Assembly (NCBI RefSeq): GCF_007748075.1 | Contig: NZ_CP036280.1 | Coordinates: 3,090,001 to 3,122,000, forward strand | Direction: 5' to 3' | Origin: Mucisphaera calidilacus | Lineage (GTDB): Bacteria > Planctomycetota > Phycisphaerae > Phycisphaerales > Phycisphaeraceae | Length of the DNA stretch: 32,000 bases | Notes under the pieces: generated by a model | Told to the model about the DNA's origin: nothing | Seen by the model: only the letters and a program-made list of their open reading frames with translations | Database searches by the model: none | Translations under genes and position numbers: made by a program | Part shown: piece by piece, positions 26,810 through 32,000 of the stretch | Layout of the letters: each line of letters opens with the position of its first letter | How positions within the stretch are numbered: position 1 is the stretch's first letter

Positions 26810-28037
26810 CCGGCTCCCGGAACGTCACCAGCAACAACAACGCGCTGCACAGCGTCAGGCAAACCCCAAGCAGAAACACACGCGCGTAATCCCCGCCGCT
26901 GATGCTCCCCGCGATCCACGGACCAAACGTCCGACCGATCCCGTACACCATCGGCGCAAACACACCCATCATCGACGTCCGGTCGCTTACCCCCGCCAGA
27001 CGATTCAGATAAACCGGGGCCACCACCACGATCAGCATGATCGCCGGGCCGTGAAACACCTGCGACAGAATCGCCGCCCAAACCTCCGGGACGCTGTAAA
27101 GCAGCAGCAGCCGCGCACACATCGCCAACGCACCAATCACCACGATCGCCTTCAGACCAATCCGCCTCTCGATCCACCCGTAATAGTGCGTGAACACGAT
27201 CTCAGGCAGAACGCCGAACGACGCGATCATCCCCACCCACCGCGCCTCCACACCCAGCTGCTGAAGATGCAGCGGATAGAACGTGAAATAACCCGACATC
27301 GACAACGAAAACAGCAGCATCGCCAGGCAATACCACCGCGCACCCGGCGACAGCAGCTTCTGCAACGCCGTCCACGTCGGGAACTTCGCCAACCCGCCCT
27401 CCTGACGCTCGTGACGAACACGCGGAACCGCCTGCAGGTTCACAAGCGTGACCACCGCCAGCACGATCCCGAAGTAAAGCGTCCGCGAAAGCGTCGCCCC
27501 CTCGCCCATCATCAGCACCGGGACGATCAGCGAAGGCATCACGAACCCATACGCACCCATCACACGAATGTGGTGAAACGGAACCTCCGCCACACCCGAA
27601 GCACGCTCGTGCTGGATCCGGAAGTGCAACGCATCACTCACCGTCATCGCAGGCGTCACGCAGATCGCCAGCAAACCCGTCGCCAACGCGGCCAGCAGAA
27701 ACGCGCTCGCACCCAGCAACAACACAAACGACAAACCGATCCCCAGGAAAATCCCCGCCAGAATCGTCCGCGGCTGAACATGAAGATCCGCCATCGCACC
27801 CAGCACCGGCGGCGACACGAAAATCGACACCCCGAACATCGCCATCATCATCCCGATCTGAGCGTCATTCAGACCGATATCCGACAGGATCAGCGGCAGG
27901 TAAGGCTGAACAATCCCGAAGATCGCAAATCCAAACAGATAGTGGCGCTGCAGCGGGCTCAAGGGATCGACAGTGTAGACGCCTTCACGCACCCGAGCGT
28001 CCGGATACAGGATTATCCGGCATCCGCGCTCCAGCAC
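26766..28037 (-). CDS. MFS transporter (MFS_1_like / HcaT-like)
   Basis: 12-TM pattern. N-terminus LQRHYLFGFAIFGIVQPYLPLILSDIGLNDAQIGMMMAMFGVSIFVSPPVLGAMADL. The start at 28037 is GTG and uncertain. Confidence 0.8.
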   Translation of the reverse strand: MLERGCRIILYPDARVREGVYTVDPLSPLQRHYLFGFAIFGIVQPYLPLILSDIGLNDAQIGMMMAMFGVSIFVSPPVLGAMADLHVQPRTILAGIFLGIGLSFVLLLGASAFLLAALATGLLAICVTPAMTVSDALHFRIQHERASGVAEVPFHHIRVMGAYGFVMPSLIVPVLMMGEGATLSRTLYFGIVLAVVTLVNLQAVPRVRHERQEGGLAKFPTWTALQKLLSPGARWYCLAMLLFSLSMSGYFTFYPLHLQQLGVEARWVGMIASFGVLPEIVFTHYYGWIERRIGLKAIVVIGALAMCARLLLLYSVPEVWAAILSQVFHGPAIMLIVVVAPVYLNRLAGVSDRTSMMGVFAPMVYGIGRTFGPWIAGSISGGDYARVFLLGVCLTLCSALLLLVTFREPVNRPVGEPVPEALR

Positions 28038-28193
28038 GCATAAGCGCCCGAGTTACTGGACCCCGCATTCCCGACTTGACCGTCATTTTTGCGCTCGTCG
28101 GCCTCAATCCACCCCCTCCGATTCCCGATGTTCTGGGTGTCGCCGGCGTATTTCCCCGGCGGCACGGAGTTACCCGGAGAAAGGCCGCCAACC

Positions 28194-28772
28194 ATGCCGA
28201 AACAAAAAGACATCCTCACCACGGGCGAAGTCGCCAAGATCTGCAACGTCGCCCCGCGAACCGTTAGCAAGTGGTTCGATTCGGGTCAGCTCAAGGGATA
28301 CCGCATCCCCGGCTCCAAAGACCGACGAATCCCCCTCACCGCGCTCATCAAGTTCATGAAACAGCACCAGATCCCGCTCGACGGACTCCAGTCCGGCAAG
28401 ACACGCGTCCTGCTCGTCGACGAAGTATCCGAAACCGTCGAAGTCCTCAAGAAAATGCTCGTCGAACAGGCCGGCTACGAGGTCGACCTCGCTCACTCCG
28501 GCTTCTCCGCAGGCGTCGAGTGCGAGAAGTTCCGACCCCACGTCATCCTCATCGACCTTCACCTGGGCGACGTCTCAGGCGAAGACGTCCTCAAACTCGT
28601 CCGCGAAAACCCCGACCTCCAGATGAGCAAGGTCATCGCCGTCAGCGGCAAGCTCACCGAAGGACAGGCCTCCGCGCTCACCACCGCCGGATTCGACGGC
28701 TTCCTCCGCAAACCGTTCCACGTCAAGCAGGTCATCGACATCGTCGAAGAGGCCACCGCGCTGGTCTACTAA
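28194..28772 (+). CDS. Response regulator with reversed architecture: N-terminal excisionase/MerR-type HTH (HTH_17-like) + C-terminal receiver domain
   Basis: The ATG at 28194 is preceded by GGAGAAAGG. HTH: LTTGEVAKICNVAPRTVSKWFDSGQLKGYRIPGSKDRRIP. REC: RVLLVDE, VILIDLHLGD (phospho-Asp), AVSGK, RKPF. Confidence 0.85.
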   Translation: MPKQKDILTTGEVAKICNVAPRTVSKWFDSGQLKGYRIPGSKDRRIPLTALIKFMKQHQIPLDGLQSGKTRVLLVDEVSETVEVLKKMLVEQAGYEVDLAHSGFSAGVECEKFRPHVILIDLHLGDVSGEDVLKLVRENPDLQMSKVIAVSGKLTEGQASALTTAGFDGFLRKPFHVKQVIDIVEEATALVY

Positions 28773-28803
28773 ACACCAGCCAACCCCATCCAAGAGAAGG
28801 GCG

Positions 28804-28837
28804 CAGGCCACCCGACACAGGGTGGCCTGTGTTGTTT
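28804..28837 (+). terminator. Intrinsic terminator of the response-regulator gene
   Basis: CAGGCCACCC-GACACA-GGGTGGCCTG is a perfect 10-bp stem, followed by TGTTGTTT. It lies 32 nt after the stop codon. Confidence 0.7.
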
Positions 28838-28885
28838 CACAACTCACCCCCCTCCCGCCCCCCGCTGCAAAAACACAGGCCACCC
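28804..28885. repeat. Three-copy 10-12-nt element (CAGGCCACCC / GGGTGGCCTGTG / CACAGGCCACCC) capable of mutually exclusive pairings
   Basis: Copies at 28804-28813, 28820-28831 (inverted) and 28874-28885. The middle copy is perfectly complementary to either outer copy. Confidence 0.85.
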
Positions 28886-28900
28886 CCCGAGCACAAAGCG

Positions 28901-29385
28901 TCAGTAAGGCTGGCCGCCCCGGTCGTGCCACCGCTGGAAGAGGTCGATGGCCCTGTCGGCCAGGCAGCCGCCCTCCACCATGACAGGGGATTGACCGAGC
29001 TGCTTGAGCTGGCTGTCGCTGACGGGCAGCTCGTTGAAGCCGAAGCGGGCCGCGTCGGCGATCGAAGCACCGAAGACGATGCGCCGTATGCGCGCCCAGT
29101 GGATGGCCGTAAAGCACATCGGGCACGGTTCGGTGGTGGAGTAGATGGTGGCGCTCTCGAGGTGGATCGTGTTCAGGTGCCCGCAGGCGTGCCGGATGGC
29201 GCAGACCTCGGCATGGGCGGTCGGGTCCGACTGGGCACGGACATGATTGTGGGTCGCGACAAGAACCTGATCATCGCGCTCAATCAGGGCACCGAAGGGC
29301 GATTGCCCGTGGTGGATGCCCTGTTCGCAGGCGTCAAGGGCCTGCTGCATCAGTTCGCAGTCGCGTGGCGAGAACGTCATGCGCT

Positions 29386-29389
<4 letters not shown>
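28901..29389 (-). CDS. CDA-fold zinc deaminase, GuaD-type (guanine/nucleobase deaminase-like; a TadA-like function is not excluded)
   Basis: DPTAHAEVCAIRHAC...TEPCPMCFTAIHWARIRRIVFGASIADAARFGFNE carries the HAE and PCxxC zinc motifs and a GuaD-like C-terminal part. The GTG at 29389 overlaps the parA stop (GTGA). An alternative ATG lies at 29380. Confidence 0.8.
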
Positions 29390-31965
<2,576 letters not shown>

Positions 31966-32000
31966 ACCCCTAACAGAATACCGTTTATAGCCGAATATTA

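Noticed and set aside
70-28043. Many other long alternative-frame ORFs. On the + strand: 1901-3004, 2997-3689, 4146-5072, 8229-9440, 12020-13108, 22080-23420, 27051-28043. On the - strand: 70-663, 5016-5639, 6483-6989, 13369-14181, 19987-20799, 25215-26135
   Set aside because: The + strand ORFs are Arg/Pro/His/Thr-rich and the - strand ones are Gly/Val/Asp/Ala-rich. That is the translation expected from skewed DNA read out of frame. None shows a domain signature, and each overlaps a well-supported gene.
28067-28128. Direct repeat ATTCCCGA (28067-28074 and 28121-28128) in the MFS/regulator divergent spacer, considered as a regulator binding site
   Set aside because: An 8-mer repeated once within about 150 nt is not clearly beyond chance. 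There is no palindromic symmetry.
28273-28282. GGTTCGATTC, a tRNA T-arm-like string
   Set aside because: It lies in frame inside the response-regulator CDS (KWFDSG). No acceptor or anticodon stems surround it.
31966-32000. Sudden AT-rich sequence after the atpD stop (CCCTAACAGAATACCGTTTATAGCCGAATATTA)
   Set aside because: Only 35 nt are visible at the window edge, which is too short to interpret. It is mentioned under the atpD finding only.

Overview
Gene-dense, high-GC bacterial chromosomal DNA (sampled 60-nt lines are about 60-75% G+C). It holds about 30 credible protein genes. I saw no rRNA, tRNA, CRISPR array or transposase. The gene content loosely suggests a Planctomycetota-type genome (many GT4 enzymes, a giant secreted HEAT-like protein, an HTH-REC regulator, several genes without a clear Shine-Dalgarno site, convergent genes overlapping at their 3' ends). 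That taxonomy is only a guess.

Layout:
- 1-1.8 kb: MBOAT O-acyltransferase (5' truncated by the window edge) plus a membrane-anchored partner.
- 1.8-5.7 kb: housekeeping block (CaCA exchanger, SCO1/SenC, ABC-2 permease, clpP, lipoprotein).
- 5.7-16.5 kb: envelope-glycan/exopolysaccharide locus (murJ, VanZ-like, three GT4, Wzy/O-antigen-ligase-like, a secreted GH56-like hydrolase candidate, a GT2::WcaF-like fusion and a second WcaF-like acetyltransferase).
- 16.5-18.5 kb: amtB-glnK.
- 18.5-19.2 kb: the longest non-coding stretch, with an orphan minus-strand terminator, an 11-bp inverted-repeat pair and a possible sRNA/sORF.
- 19.2-26.8 kb: a secreted ~900-aa HEAT-like protein, an S8 peptidase, a fourth GT4, a tandem-SH3b protein and a stand-alone MshEN-type (c-di-GMP-receptor-like) protein.
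- 26.8-28.8 kb: MFS transporter and an HTH_17-REC regulator.
- 28.9-32 kb: GuaD-like deaminase, orphan parA, atpD.

The most unusual signal is compositional rather than genic. For 28.8 kb the + strand is strongly C+A-rich whichever strand is coding. Synonymous codon choice is therefore set by DNA strand: NNC/NNA in + genes, NNG/NNT in - genes. This asymmetry breaks or reverses abruptly inside the 128-bp spacer 28773-28900, next to parA.

All functional calls rest on motif recognition in the supplied translations. No database search was possible.
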